DNA of 64,000 nt, taken from contig OZ024751.1 of assembly GCA_964016885.1 (NCBI GenBank), positions 28,024,001 to 28,088,000 on the forward strand. The letters run 5' to 3'. The number at the start of each line of letters is the position of its first letter. Within the stretch, counting starts at the first letter, position 1. A program made the translations under genes and the position numbers. Shown here piece after piece: positions 16,791 to 32,396 of the stretch. The notes beneath the pieces are model-generated. The model made no database searches. It saw nothing but the letters and a program-made list of their open reading frames with translations, and had not been told where the DNA came from. The stretch comes from Eledone cirrhosa (taxonomy: Eukaryota).

Positions 16791-17035
16791 ACATACATAC
16801 TTACATACGTACCTCCGAACATATAGACATACATACATATATATGTATATACATATATAAATACATACACACATGCATACATATATACATACATACTTAC
16901 ATACGTACGTCCGAACATATAGACATACATACATATATATGTATATACATATATAAATACATACACACATGCATACATATATACATACATACTTACATAC
17001 GTACGTCCGAACATATAGACATACATACATATATA
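16791..17035. repeat. 96-bp tandem repeat (~2.5 copies)
   Basis: CCGAACATATAGAC at 16815, 16911 and 17007. Confidence 0.85.
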
Positions 17036-17509
17036 TATATATATATACATGCATATATACATAGATAAATACATATGTGTACATATGTACATAGATAAAT
17101 ACATGTGTGTACATACATATGTACATACATACATACATACATACATAGATACATACTTACATAAATACATATATACATAGATACATACATACGTACATAC
17201 ATTCATATATATATATAAATATACATTTATATGAATATATATATATATATATATATATGCATATATATGTACGTGTATATATATTTGTACACACACACAC
17301 GTGCAAACACACACAAACACACAAACACACAAACACACAGAAATCCGGGCCAGCTCTTGAAACAATGTTCGTCTGCCCCGAAGCATTTTTTCTCATCGTG
17401 TAAATGGCGTAACTAGTTTTTAAGAATAGAATGAAGACAATAGAGTTAGCTCCCTTGACTAACTGGTTTATTGATAAGTATGAACTGCATTGCCTGCCGG
17501 GAATATAAT

Positions 17510-17611
<102 letters not shown>

Positions 17612-18252
17612 TGGTGGAAGGGGGGTTTAAATTTATTGTTGTTTTCAAAACTTCAACGTAGACATCATCATCAGCATCGTCGTCATCATCGTCTTCACCG
17701 CCATGACCACCACCACCACCACCACCACCACCACCACCACCACCACCACCACCACCACCACCATCACCACCACCATCACCATCACCACCACCATCACCAT
17801 CACCATCACCACCATCACCATCACCACCACCACCACCATCACCACCATCACCATCACCACCATCACCATCACCACCAGCATCACCATCACCACCACCACC
17901 ATCACCACCACCACCACCACCACCATCACCACCACCACCACCATCACCACCATCAAGATCATCTTCTTCCCTCCTTCTCCTCATAATCATCATCATTATC
18001 ATCATCATAATCATTATCTTCGCCACCAACATCATCTTCTTCCCTCCACCTCCTCCTCCTCATCATCATCATCATCACCATCATCATCACCACCCTCTTC
18101 CCTCCTCCTTCTTTATCTCCCCATCAGTAATAGTGGTGGCGGAACTGGAGTAAAATGCTAAAGATGTAAAGATGTAAAGATGTAAAGATGTAAAGATGTA
18201 AAAACCAGATCTTAAATAAATTTACAATTTGAAATATTGTATAGAAACTCGA

Positions 18253-18696
18253 GTATAATGTAATGTAGTGTAGTGTAGTGTAGTGCGGTGTGGTGTAGTG
18301 TAGTGTAGTGTAGTGTAGTGTGGTGTAATGTAGTGTAGTGTAGTGTGGTGTAATGTAGTGTAGTGTAGTGTAGTGTGGTGTAGTGTAGTGTAGTGTAGTG
18401 TAGTGTGGTGTAATGTAGTGTAGTGTAGTGTAGTGTGGTGTAGTGTAGTGTAGTGTAGTGTAGTGTGGTGTAATGTAGTGTAGTGTAGTGTGGTGTAGTG
18501 TAGTGTAGTGTAGTGTAGTGTGGTGTAATGTAGTGTAGTGTAGTGTAGTGTGGTGTAGTGTAGTGTAGTGTAGTGTGGTGTAATGTAGTGTAGTGTAGTG
18601 TGGTGTAGTGTAGTGTAGTGTAGTGTAGTGTGGTGTAATGTAGTGTAGTGTAGTGTAGTGTGGTGTAGTGTATTGTGGTGTAGTGTGGTGTAGTGT
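18253..18696. repeat. (TAGTG)n pentamer array
   Basis: Seen directly. Confidence 0.95.
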
Positions 18697-18900
18697 GGCT
18701 TCGGCCGTGTAGAGGTCAGCGCACCACACCACCACGGCGCCTCCCTTGTCCGCCGGTTTGATGACGATGTCATCTCGGCTACGGAGCAAGCGGAGAACGA
18801 GGAGTTCGCCCCATGTGATGTTATGCCGTTTGGAACGGTGGCGGATGTCGAAGCGATTTACTGCGCTACGGCAGGCGTCGACGAACGTGTCCAGGGTGCT
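18697..18900 (-). mobile_element. PLE RT N-terminal fragment (DKG motif)
   Basis: Translates as ...[55 protein letters not shown] is the conserved PLE DKG motif. Confidence 0.85.
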
Positions 18901-18904
18901 AAAT

Positions 18905-18972
<68 letters not shown>

Positions 18973-19146
18973 TATACATACACACATACATACACACACA
19001 TATACATATAAATATATATACATAGTTACAATTTGCTTACAAACCCAAAATTAAAGGTTCAAGGCATTTAATCACTGACCATTGTTTCTTCCCATATGTG
19101 TGTGTGTGTTCCGTGTTTTCTGCTACCCTTTTCCCCCGCATGTTTC

Positions 19147-19207
<61 letters not shown>

Positions 19208-19285
19208 AAACAGAAATAACAACACAATCGGTACAGTATATGGAAGGAATATATTAGGTTACCGTTTGAAATAGCAGGAAGAGGG

Positions 19286-19321
19286 TCTTAACGTTTCGGA
19301 CGCAAGTTCTTCATCAGAAGA
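19286..19321 (-). ncRNA. Minimal type I hammerhead motif, family C
   Basis: ucuu CUGAUGA a GAAC uugc GUCC GAAA cg UU^ aaga. Palindromic ACGU stem III as in PLE mini-HHRs. Confidence 0.7.
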
Positions 19322-19435
19322 AAGAATGAGAAATAAGCTAGATTGAAGAAACGGGTCGGGTGGAATTGGAAAAAATGTCTTTAGATAAAAATAACAGGTC
19401 CATTCATGTGGACATCTCTTGGATATATATATATG

Positions 19436-19510
<75 letters not shown>

Positions 19511-19747
19511 CAACACAGGGAATTGAAACCGTAACGCTCAGATGATTTAAAAGAAGAATACATAAAAATGTTTGATACCCTAGAAATAACACCTCGCACA
19601 TAAAACAGAAACTATTTCTTCGTGCAGGTGTTGGAGGTGGTGGTGGCGTTGTTGGTGGTTGTGGTGGGATTGTGGGTTGTGTCGGAGGAATTAGGTGGAG
19701 GAGTGTGAGGGTTCGTGGTGCTCATATTCGTAATAGTGGTATTAAAT

Positions 19748-19780
<33 letters not shown>

Positions 19781-20286
19781 GCGTTGGTAGTGGTAGTGGT
19801 GATGCCCATTTTATTTATGGTAGCGGAAGCAGTAGCGGTGATTGTGCTCATGGCGGTGATGTAATGGTGGTGGTGGTGGGAGGGTGGTGGTGGCGGTGGT
19901 GGTGGTGGCGGTGGTGGTGGTGGTGGTGATGCTGGATAGGGGTGTGAGTGTTTATGGTGAAGATAGTAGTGGGTGGCGATGGGGTTGTGGGTTGGGTGGT
20001 GGAGGGGACAGCGAATGGCGGGGCACATGGCGGAAGTGCTGGCTGCGTTACAAAACCGCCTGTCCTTTTACTAACGTCACTTAAACGTCGACACGTGACA
20101 GACTGGCGTGGTTTGTTAAAGAAAAGAGGCGGCGACGGTGGTGACGATAGGTTGCGATGTTGTTGTCGTTGTTGTTGGTGTTGGTTGTTGTTGTTGTTGG
20201 ATGTGGTGGTGGTGGCGGTGGCGGTGGTGGGGGTTGTGTGGGAGGAGGTGGAGGAGGATTGCCAGCAGCGAGACTATTGTAACTTT

Positions 20287-20849
20287 CTAACCTACAATGA
20301 AGTTGTCCTTAACTCTTTGACAATGGGACCCCGCAAGAGTGTAAAACGTGACACTGTCAGTGGTGGTGGTGGTAGTGGTACAGGTGATGGTGGTGGTGGT
20401 TGTGGTGGTGGTATTGCTGGTGGTGGTGGTGGTGGTGGTACTGGCTTGTGGTAATGGAGGTGGTGGTGGTGGTAATGGTGGTGGTAATGGCGGTGGTGGT
20501 GGTGGTATTGGTGGTGGTGTTCGTGGTGGTATTGCTTGTGGGCGTGTTGGTGGTTTTGGTGGTAGTAGTGATGGTGGTATTGAAGGTGGTGGTGGTGGTG
20601 TTGCTGATGATACTAGTACTAGTGATGATGGTGATGATGGTGGTGTTGGTGGTGTTGTTGGGGGTACTGTTAGCAGTGATGATGGTGTTGGTGGTGCTGA
20701 TGATGGTGATGGTAGTTGTGGTGGTGGTGGTGGTTGGGGTGTTGATGGTGGTCCTGGTAGTAGTGATGTTGGTCTTGGTGGTGGTGGTGGTGTTACGGGG
20801 CGGGGTTCGCATGTTACGCCAGAAATGTCAAATAGGAAGGAACATGGAC
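20287..20849 (-). CDS. Possible proline-rich terminal exon (weak)
   Basis: Acceptor-like TATTTTGTTAG|GT followed by an open frame GPCSFLFDISGVTCEPRPVTPPPPPRPTSLL... to TAG. Mostly low complexity, no domain recognised. Confidence 0.2.
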
Positions 20850-22090
20850 CTAACAAAATATGTGATTAGATATATTAAGACGATGTGTCGACACATGCTC
20901 TTGTACATATACATACACATACACACACATATACACTTATACATACACACACATATACACTTATACATACACACACATATACACTTATACATACACACAC
21001 ATATACACTTATACATACTCTTATACATATATATACACATACACTTATACATATACATACACACACATATAGACTTATACATACACACACATATACACTT
21101 ATACATACTCTTATACATATATATACACATACACTTATACATATACATACACATACACTTACACATACGCTTATACATATACATACACATATTCATATAC
21201 ATACATATAAACACACATATATACACTTATATATACACGTACACATCATACACATACACTTATACAGATACATAGATATACACACAGTGATACACATACA
21301 TATACACGTACACATGCACATATACACGCAGATACATACACATTAACACGCATGCATGAATACATAAATATATAGCTACATACACACATACACATACATT
21401 CATACACACAGATATATTAAGACGATGTGTCGAAAGGATTTCACCACAGAGATAGATGCACAATCAGACACATACACTTTTACATATACATACACATACT
21501 CGTATACATATACATATACATATACATACACACACTCGTATACATATACATACACATACACTTATACATATACATACACAAATAGTTATACATATACTTA
21601 CACATAATCACACACACATATGCACTTATACATACACATACACATCATACACATATACACGCAGACACATACACACATATACATACATTCATACACACAG
21701 ACAAACACACACGCATATATATATATAAGAATTAAAATACTAGAGTGTGTTGGAGTTAAACACCCTCTTCATATTATAGAAATGACAGTATAAGATATAG
21801 CTCAATGTAATTAAACAGAGCCGAAGAATTATAAAAAATAAACCAAAGAAGCCTTCAATACATCAAAAGTCTTTATTAGCCAACAATGTTTTTGCATTAT
21901 ACAATATTTGCAATGTGGGTTCAACATGTTAATCACTTCCTTGCTATTTGGTCTATATCTATGTTTGTAACTGCTCACTCTTAATCTTGGCCAACTTTTC
22001 CTTGATATCTTTCCTAAGCTTTAATAGATGTATACTCCATATTCTTCAGAGTTTTTGGCTTGTATTGGCCGATAGTGCTTCTTGTATTTT

Positions 22091-22133
<43 letters not shown>

Positions 22134-23200
22134 CAATACGTAATAATTGAACATCCAACATTTATAATTACAATGGTTGACTTGAAAGGTGGGTCTAGAA
22201 TATATGTTAGTACATTTAGGGAACTTCTTCGGCTTCCGTGTTTGCTTGAATACGTCGTAGCACAGAGGAAACTAACTCTTGATTTTGCTCAGATGTGACG
22301 GAGGTCTCATTAGTTGCATTTATCTCTGTCTGATTACTAAGACACATGCTGGACATCTTTCTTAAATTGTATGGCAGAGATGCTCTATGAGTTGTGTTAC
22401 CCTAACTGAGGTAACCTCATTTTTGTGAAGAAACCAGGAAGTGAATATTTTTGCACTGGATGGAGTTTCAAAATTCCGCTGGAATAGAAATTCTGATCAC
22501 TGGTTAGTCTCTCAGCTTATAGAACCTTGGTGTCTTCTAAGATCACTAAACTGTCTGATACCGCGAAGAAACACGTTGGTCCAACGCGTGTATATGGCAT
22601 GGCATCCCAAGTCATCACTGTCTGTGGTAAATTATCGCTGGACATCAAACATTTAGTGTTCCGTACTTTACGAGTTCTACTACGAACCCTGCTTCTCCTC
22701 GACTCAAGTCAACTTGACTCAAGCATCTGGTGTTCTGCGCTTTTCCATCTCTACTAAGAACTCTGCTAGTCCTCTGTTCATGTCAACTTGATACAAGATC
22801 TCAAACATCTGGTGTTATTACTCCCCCCCCCCCCACCAAAGTAAAACAAATTTAATGGTAATAATAATACTGAGGTGAAATGCATCGTTTCTCTGCTCAA
22901 TCTTCCTATTAAAACTGGGTGTGTATGATTACTTCTGTATACCTGTTTAGGTAACATATCGTAATGTTGAGTTGTAATTTACGGTTAACAAATCGACCCG
23001 AGACAAAATAACATAATTAATCCGTCATGCACTTCCTTGTATGTTGATAAGGTACAGAAAAATGTTATTTATGTTCCTTTGTAGCTACATGCTCATAGAA
23101 TCTTTAACATAAGCTTCAGGCTGTTTCTTTCTTTCATAGATTACTTCAATATGAAAATATTGACGTGGCATAGAAAAAAAATAAAAAAATGAGAAATTAT

Positions 23201-23365
23201 AGGCAGCGAATTGGCAGAATTGGTTGAGAGTCGGATAGAAAGAATGTTCTGCGGTATTACGGTTCAATCTGTATCTCGGCATTCTGAGTTCAAATCTCGC
23301 TGATGTCAACTTCGTCTTTCGTCATTCTTGGGTCAGTAAATTATACATCAGTCAATCACTGAAGT
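23201..23365 (+). mobile_element. SINE family 1, old copy
   Basis: TTGGCAGAATTGG...CTGAGTTCAAATC...GTCAACTTCGTCTTTC. Confidence 0.65.
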
Positions 23366-23381
23366 TGAATTCTCAGTCTTC

Positions 23382-23425
<44 letters not shown>

Positions 23426-23980
23426 TCTTTTACCTGTTTCAGCCATCCGGCTGAGGCCATGCTGGAGCATAATAAATATATATTATATATATATTTATTA
23501 AAATAACAGATTAAAGTTTAAGCAAAGAATCGTTGCTTTCACACTTAACGGGATCTTCTGAAACTAACCTGTTATTTTAATAAATATTTGCTCTACGGTT
23601 CTTATATATTTGATATATATTTATCCTTATCGAGCCCTCTTTGGATTTTAGTCTTCAAATTTATTATTATTACTATATTATATATATATATATTTACATA
23701 TATGTGTGTGTGTATGACACATAAATATATATATATAGACACATATGTATATGTATGTATAAATATATTTGTGCGTGTGTATTACAGATGAAAAAATGAA
23801 AGTAATAATAGAAAAGAACAGAAAAAAGGATTTCAAAAAGTAAAACACACACATACACTCTTTCATACACACACAGATGTACACAGATGTACACAGAAAT
23901 ACACGTATGTTTACACAAAACACAGATATGCTAAGATATACAGAGTTAATATATTCGTCTTATTCACACATATATACTCA

Positions 23981-24094
<114 letters not shown>

Positions 24095-24400
24095 GACAAT
24101 GTATGTATATTAGATATATGCAGAACCATCTACCAGTACAAAGTGTTCAGGAGATAACTTCCTGCAGGTCGGTTCCAGGCGGATATTGAAATCAAGTAAA
24201 ATCTCACCCAAATTCTTTAATTCCATTAGTCTCTCAGGATTCTCACAGCATCGAAAATATCGATTTTTAACAAATAGAATTATCAATGTATAATATAATA
24301 TTAATTACGTTTAGTTTGTCACTAACAATGACTTAATAAACAGCCAAGGGTTTTTTTTTTGGGGGGGGGGGGGTCTCCTCTGGTTTGTGTTTATATAGAG

Positions 24401-24926
24401 CACCGTTTCTCAACTTTTTTTTTTTACCCTTGTGGAACCCTTGTAATGTATCAGGGAACCCCTGCATAAAAATTGTTATATACCATTATTGGTGGATTGA
24501 CAGTATTGGTAGAGGGTCGGATGCCATGCTTTGCAGTATAGTTACGTCCCTTTATAGTCCGAGTTCAAATCCTGCAGAGGTTAACTTTGCCTTTCATCCT
24601 TACGGGGTCGATAAAATAAAGTACCAGTAATGCACTGGGGTAATTTATGGCCTTGTGCCAAAAGTAGAAACAATTATTAATATCTATTTTTTAAAATATT
24701 TTTATCGTAGTTCACGTGGTAAACTTAATATAATTTTTTTCGGATAACTGGTTTAAGGGAAAAAATTGACCCTTTATTCGTCAAATTTATTGGTAATACA
24801 AAAACAAAAGTATACTGTTCCTTTATGAGATCATACATTAACTTATTTATCGCTGTTTCACACGAAACCCCTAGCGACCTTTTGCGGAACGCTAGGTTCC
24901 CAGGGAACATTGGTTGCGAAACGGTG
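24401..24926. mobile_element. hAT (Charlie-like) MITE with a nested SINE
   Basis: Imperfect TIRs CACCGTTTCTCAAC / GTTGCGAAACGGTG. Exact 8-bp TSD ATATAGAG at 24393-24400 and 24927-24934. Subterminal GGAACCC repeats. Confidence 0.9.
24490..24678 (+). mobile_element. SINE family 1 inserted in the hAT MITE
   Basis: Consensus match, with ATTATT on both sides. Confidence 0.85.
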
Positions 24927-25253
24927 ATATAGAGACTAAAATATGTACGTGTAAGTCTATGTATGTTTATATATATATATGGGAATGAACATTTTGTAAC
25001 CACTTCTGTTGAGGCATCTTTCATAAACTGTTGGGCATTAAAGGGACGGATTAACGGGAAGATATATTCCCAAAGATGGCCATGTGTGTTGTCGAATGAT
25101 TGAGACTACGTAAGCTAAATACTTCTCTTAACGTCGTTATCTCCACCTGCACGTCGAATAGCTCATCACTTTAAAAGACCAAATATAAACTTCACTATAT
25201 TCAGTGAAAGTCATCTGTTTAAAACACACACACAGACACGCACATACGCACAT

Positions 25254-25388
<135 letters not shown>

Positions 25389-25470
25389 CATATACACGCA
25401 CGTATACACAGAACACACACATGTCCATACTCATACATGTGTATGTCTTTGGTCTTTGTCTATATCAATG

Positions 25471-25501
<31 letters not shown>

Positions 25502-25520
25502 ACGTGTACGTTTGTCTCTA

Positions 25521-25554
<34 letters not shown>

Positions 25555-25625
25555 CATATATATACGCCCACACACACATACACATATATATATATACACA
25601 TATATATATATATACATACATATTA

Positions 25626-25733
<108 letters not shown>

Positions 25734-25734
25734 A

Positions 25735-26255
25735 TGATGGCTGCCCCCTCGTTATCGAGTATGGCCATTGCACGAGAACCCCCCCCCCACATAATAATAA
25801 CAATAATAATAATAATAACAACAATAATAATAACGACAACAACAACAACAATAATAATATACATATATAAATATATACACACACGCGCACACATAAACAT
25901 ATCTACACACACACGATAGCAATTAACAGCGCTGCGATCGAATGTGGCTTTTTAGCCCAGCCAATGATCTAAAATGTCTTGCACAGAGTCGGCAACCAAA
26001 ACATTCACTGGGAATAGCCGGCTGTGGTTGGAGTTCATGTACTTTTGCATGTCGTTTGAGCCCTCCTGCTGATTTACATTCTCTACGACATGTTTGGCAA
26101 GCATGATGAGTAGCATCTTCAACACGGTAGTCAACCACAGGTCTTACTTTATGACTGCGAAGATGAGTCTCGCACAGACGCTGCATGTCAGCACCATAGG
26201 AGGACCTTCGCCGTCTGGAAGTGCAACAGCAATGACCTTCCTCACATCCCGGATT
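25735..26255 (-). mobile_element. RTE-like LINE 3' end with C2H2-like zinc fingers
   Basis: CQTCRRECKSAGGLKRHAKVH and CRLCARHFRSLAGLKSHIR* match the RTE ORF C-terminal CxxC..F.S..GL.SH.R pattern. A related tail lies at 25737-25775. Confidence 0.6.
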
Positions 26256-26274
26256 TTTATGTATGCATACATAC

Positions 26275-26660
26275 ATGGTGGCTGCCAACTCGTTTTCGAG
26301 TACGACCACTACTTTATATCCATGTAGGAGAACCCCTACCGATGCGCTGAACGAGTGTGACTTTTTAGTCCAGCCAGCGACTTGAAAACTCTGGTACAAA
26401 CACTACACTTGTGACAATTATTGACACATAGTGTTGGGCCCATGGTACCATGTGACGACAAGTGCAGAGAGATTTCCAGATATAAAGCAATGCCTGTGCC
26501 GTGAAGCTTTTATAGTGAGCAAAGGCACTGCACAAAGCCAGTCCCACTCTCTTAACCAAGATGATATTTACCAAAAAGAAGAACAAGTCAACATCATTGG
26601 ATACCATCAGGGTTGCAGGTGTTATATCAGAGTTTTCCTTCTCCTAGAATTCTGCCTTGA
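26275..26660 (-). mobile_element. Short RTE-related repeat, copy 1 (truncated)
   Basis: Near-identical to 27266-27651. Its end (ATGGTGGCTGCCAACTCGTTTTCGAGTAC) resembles the tail at 25737. Confidence 0.65.
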
Positions 26661-27205
26661 CATACATACATATACACGTACATACATACATAAGATAAAC
26701 GAAAGGCATAATATTAAAAGCCATGCTTAGTAGAAGCTAGAAAACCATGGTAGATCTGTTTGGCTGAAATGATAGGTTTGCCAGTATTTCGCAGCTGTCA
26801 GCTGCTACTCAAGTGTTCAGTTCGAAATTTATTGGTGTAATAAATGCTAACTGTGAATTGGAGATAAGAAAGTTGCATAAAACTTTCACACTGGAAAACG
26901 AAAGTGAAAGTAGAAAGTAAAGATTGTTAGTTGGAACTTACCCGCTGTATGTGATAGTAATGTGTTTGTTTATTAGGTTTGTTGGTTGGGTGTCTTGGCT
27001 GGTTGGTAAGTTGGTTGGTTGGCTGGCTGGTTGGTTTGTTGGTTGGTTTGTTGGTTGGTGATGTGATTGTGTGATTGTTACGTTTTTTATGTTCGTGTGT
27101 GTGTGTGTTTTTATTTGTTATAGTTCAGCATTGCTGTTGTTTCAGTTGTCTATTTCATTCCATCATTTCTTGTCTTTGTTGCAATCTTTGTTCTTATACA
27201 CACAC

Positions 27206-27245
<40 letters not shown>

Positions 27246-27265
27246 GCATATATATATGTATATAT

Positions 27266-27835
27266 ATGGTGGCTGCCAACTCGTTTTCGAGTACGGCCAC
27301 TACTTTATATCCATGTAGGAGAACCCCTACCGATGCGCTGAACGAGTGTGATTTTATAGTCCAGCCAGCGACTTGAAAACTCTGGTACAAACACTACACT
27401 TGTGACAATTATTGACACATAGTGCTGGGCCCATGGTACCATGTAACGACAAGTGCAGAGAGATCTCCAGATATAAAGCAATGCCTGTGCCGTGAAGCTT
27501 TTATAGTGAGCAAAGGCGCTGCACAAAGCCAGTCCCACTCTCTTAACCAAGATGATATTTACCAAAAAGAAGAACAAGTCAACATCATTGGATACCATCA
27601 GGGTTGCAGGTGTTATATCAGAGTTTTCCTTCTCCTAGAATTCTGCCTTGACGAAGGCTAAGGAGTCATCTCTCCCGGTGATGTTGGATGGCCATTGACT
27701 CTTAAGAGCTCCTTTGCCCTTTGACAGGTTTTGTTTTTAGTCCTGCAGGATGTCCAAAGTCACCCTCCTCACCAAGAAACCTTGGTGGGGTTGCCAGTTT
27801 AGTCGCCAACGACCCGACCATGAGACAGGTTGTAC
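27266..27835 (-). mobile_element. Short RTE-related repeat, copy 2 (longer)
   Basis: Duplicate of 26275-26660 with a ~180-bp extension. Flanked by (TA)n. Confidence 0.65.
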
Positions 27836-27837
27836 AC

Positions 27838-27881
<44 letters not shown>

Positions 27882-28056
27882 GTGTGTATAATGGTAGCTA
27901 TGGTGCAAAATTAGCACTCAATATTCATTAGCACTCAATATTCATACAGAGCAGTGTGGATAGTATAAAAAAACGGAAAATCAGTGATGCATCTGGACTC
28001 AGTTTATTGCGTGTTACAATTGTTTCGCCGGCACAAAACAAAGAAAAGAATCCCCA

Positions 28057-28099
28057 GTCACTGAAGAGGTCACAGAATGTGTGACGAAAGAACTTTGAC
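28057..28099 (+). ncRNA. Minimal type I hammerhead motif, family B
   Basis: guca CUGAAGA g GUCACA gaaug UGUGAC GAAA gaac UU^ ugac. Confidence 0.75.
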
Positions 28100-28311
28100 A
28101 ATATATGAACAACCGTCCGGTTGTGGAACCAACCAACCAACCAACCGGAAATTTATAAATTTAATTTATAATAAATTGGAGTGAAAGCAACTGGTGCGTG
28201 TGTTTCTTATTGGCAACATGACCCTCCCAAAGTATAACAATATCGGTTTCAACACACGTTTTCAGATAAAGAATCTTGCTAAACAAATTCAGAAACGAAA
28301 TATATATATAT

Positions 28312-28516
<205 letters not shown>

Positions 28517-28526
28517 CATATATATA

Positions 28527-28559
<33 letters not shown>

Positions 28560-28929
28560 ATATATACATACACATAGATACATACACAAACACAGATATG
28601 TATATTCATACATACATATACAGACACACATATATATATATACATATATACACACACACACATATATATATATAAATATATATATATATAAGTGTTTATA
28701 TACACTAAATAACTACACCGTATGAACTGTTGTATAATTTAGTGCTGACTTCCTCCATTCTATTTGTGTTGTTGATTATATTTGTAAGCTCAGTACATAC
28801 AGCATGTTAATACATGCATAGATGCATGTGTATATATGAATGGCTGCATAAAGTCATGCTCATACATGTACAATTTATATGTATGTATATACTTATGTTT
28901 TGTATATACGTATGTATGCATGTATATAT

Positions 28930-29011
<82 letters not shown>

Positions 29012-29012
29012 C

Positions 29013-29108
<96 letters not shown>

Positions 29109-29196
29109 AAATATATTACTGTGTTCATTCATGCATGTATGCAGAGAAAAGAAAAGACAAAGCGAAAGATAAATATAGAGATAGACGCATTTATCC

Positions 29197-29301
<105 letters not shown>

Positions 29302-29310
29302 CCCATAAGC

Positions 29311-29353
<43 letters not shown>

Positions 29354-29728
29354 GCATGTGTGTGTATGCGTTATGGTTATATGCGTTATGTGTGTGTGTA
29401 TATGTGTATGTGTGTGTGTGTGTATATACACCCCATTGCACACATACATTCATATTTATATACATATGCGCATGTGTTAAAGTGTATGTACAGTTGTGTA
29501 CTATGTGTGAGTGCTATATCATACACACTACTGCCTCACAAAATGATAGAGTGAGCTTAGAGGAATTGGGGACAGCCAGCTCTCCAGGGGTGGATGTAAC
29601 ATAACAAGACAGAGGGTTAGAGATAGATAGATAGAGAGATAGATAGAGAGATAGATAGAGGGTTAGATATAGAGAGATAGATAGAGAGATAGATAGATAG
29701 AGAGATAGAGAGATAGATAGATAGATAG

Positions 29729-30440
29729 AATAATAATAACAATAATAATAACAACAATAATAACAACAACAATAATAATAACAACAATAATAACAACAAT
29801 AATAACAATAATAATAACAACAATAATAACAATAATAATAATAATAACAACAATAATAATAACAATAATAACAATAATAATAACAACAATAATAATAACA
29901 ACAATAATAACAACAATAATAACAATAATAATAACAACAATAATAATAATAATAACAACAATAATAACAATAATAATAACAATAATAATAACAATAATAA
30001 TAACAATAATAACAACAATAATAACAACAACAATAATAATAACAACAATAATAATAACAATAATAACAATAATAATAACAACAACAATAATAACAATAAT
30101 AATAACAATAATAATAACAATAATAATAACAACAATAATAACAACAATAATAATAACAACAATAATAATAATAATAACAACAATAATAACAATAATAATA
30201 ACAATAATAATAACAACAATAATAACAATAATAACAACAATAATAACAATAATAATAACAACAACAACAATAATAATAACAACAATAATAACAATAATAA
30301 TAACAATAATAATAACAATAATAATAACAATAATAATAACAATAATAATAACAACAATAATAACAATAATAACAACACCAATAATAATAGTAACAACAAT
30401 AACAACTATAATAATAATAATGATAATAACGATAATAATG
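29729..30440. repeat. (AAT/AAC)n trinucleotide array
   Basis: Seen directly. Confidence 0.95.
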
Positions 30441-30991
30441 ATTGTGACGATGGCGATGTTGCTGCTGCTGCTGTTGCTGCTAGTGATGATGATGATGTGG
30501 GCTACATTGGTGAGTGAAGTTCAATGAAGCATGAACCAGCTATTCAATTCTCCTCCATTACAACGCCGCACACTTCATATCAATATTGTATAATATTTCT
30601 ATTCCATTCACTTTTGCCTTACAAACATTTCTCACTCCACAACACCTCATTGTCTCACTCTTTTTCATTCCTCTTTCCCTCTCTCTCCCTCTCTCCCTCT
30701 CCCCTCCCCCTCTCTCTCTTCTCTCTCTCCCTCTCTCTCTCCACAACACCTTATTGTCTCACTCTTTTTCATCCCCCTTCTACCCCCTCTCTCTCTCTTC
30801 TCTCTCTCCCTCTCTCACCCCACAACACATTATTGTCTCACTCTTTTTCATTCCTCTCTCCCTCCCCCTTTCTTTCACTCTCTCTCTCTCTTCTCTCTCT
30901 CCCTCTCCTTTTCTGTCTCTCCCTTTCTCTCTCTCTCTTTCTGTCTCTCACTTTCTCGCTCTTTTCATTCTCCCCCATCTCTCTCTCTCTC

Positions 30992-31070
<79 letters not shown>

Positions 31071-31378
31071 TTATCTATCTTTCCCTCCCTCTCTCTCCTT
31101 TTCTGTCTCTCACTTTCTCTCTCTCTCCCTCTCCCCCTCTCACTCCACAACACATAATCTAGCTCTTTTCATTCCTCCTCTCTCCCTCTCTCTCACTTGC
31201 TTTCTTTCTCTCTCTCTCCCCCTCTCTCTCTCTTTATCTTTCCCCCTTCCTTTCTGTTTTCTTTCATCCCACCCTCTCTAATATATATATATATAGTTAT
31301 ACTTTGGGAGGGTCATATATATATATATTATTCAAAATATTAACAAATGAAGATATTCCATAATATCAAAATATATGC

Positions 31379-31438
31379 TTTATTATATATATTTCGAAGG
31401 TACTGTGTTGTTTTTTCAGTACGTCCTCGTCAGATAAA
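31379..31438 (-). ncRNA. Type I hammerhead motif, family D
   Basis: uuuau CUGACGA GGA c GUACUG (11 nt) CAGUAC c UUC GAAA uauaua UA^ auaaa. Confidence 0.8.
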
Positions 31439-31712
31439 ATATATGATTTGATATATGTGCATACATACACATATATGTGCATACATACATTTGTGTCTAC
31501 TATTTCTTCTTGCTTTATAATTGTTACATAGCTTTGATATCGAGTCAATTTAGTTAAATCGATTATCTTGTCTGTCATAATCATAGAGCAACACTGGTTA
31601 ATGTCGACAACACACAACCTCACATACTTGTGAAAAAGTATATGTGTATATATACATGTGTAACATGTGTATATATACATGTGTATGTATGCACATATAT
31701 GTGTATACCTCT

Positions 31713-31992
31713 CATCCCGCAGCGGTTGACTTTGCCTTTCATCCTTACGGGGTCGATAAAATAAAGTATCAGTAATTCACTGGGTAATTGCTGGCCTTGT
31801 GCCTAACGTAGAAACAATTATTGTGTGTATATGTATAGAGTTACGGCCCTTTATGATCTGAGTTCAAATCCCGCCGAGGTTAACTTTGCCTTTCATCCTT
31901 ACGGGGTCGATAAAATAAAGTACCAGTAATGTACTGGGATCGATTTAATCGACTTTTCCCTCCCCCAAAATTGCTGGTCTTGTGCCAGAAAT
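31713..31992 (+). mobile_element. Two tandem partial SINE family 1 copies
   Basis: Core motif occurs at ~31730 and ~31880. Confidence 0.85.
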
Positions 31993-31998
31993 CATCAT

Positions 31999-32052
<54 letters not shown>

Positions 32053-32058
32053 ATGATG

Positions 32059-32396
<338 letters not shown>

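Noticed and set aside
21740-22840. Possible LTR with a polypurine tract at 22820-22835
   Set aside because: No second LTR, PBS, clear TG..CA ends or gag/pol sequence visible.
25923-26399. Host C2H2 zinc-finger gene
   Set aside because: No TGEKP linkers. The pattern and the neighbouring tail fit an RTE LINE terminus, and the ORF's 5' part runs through another repeat.
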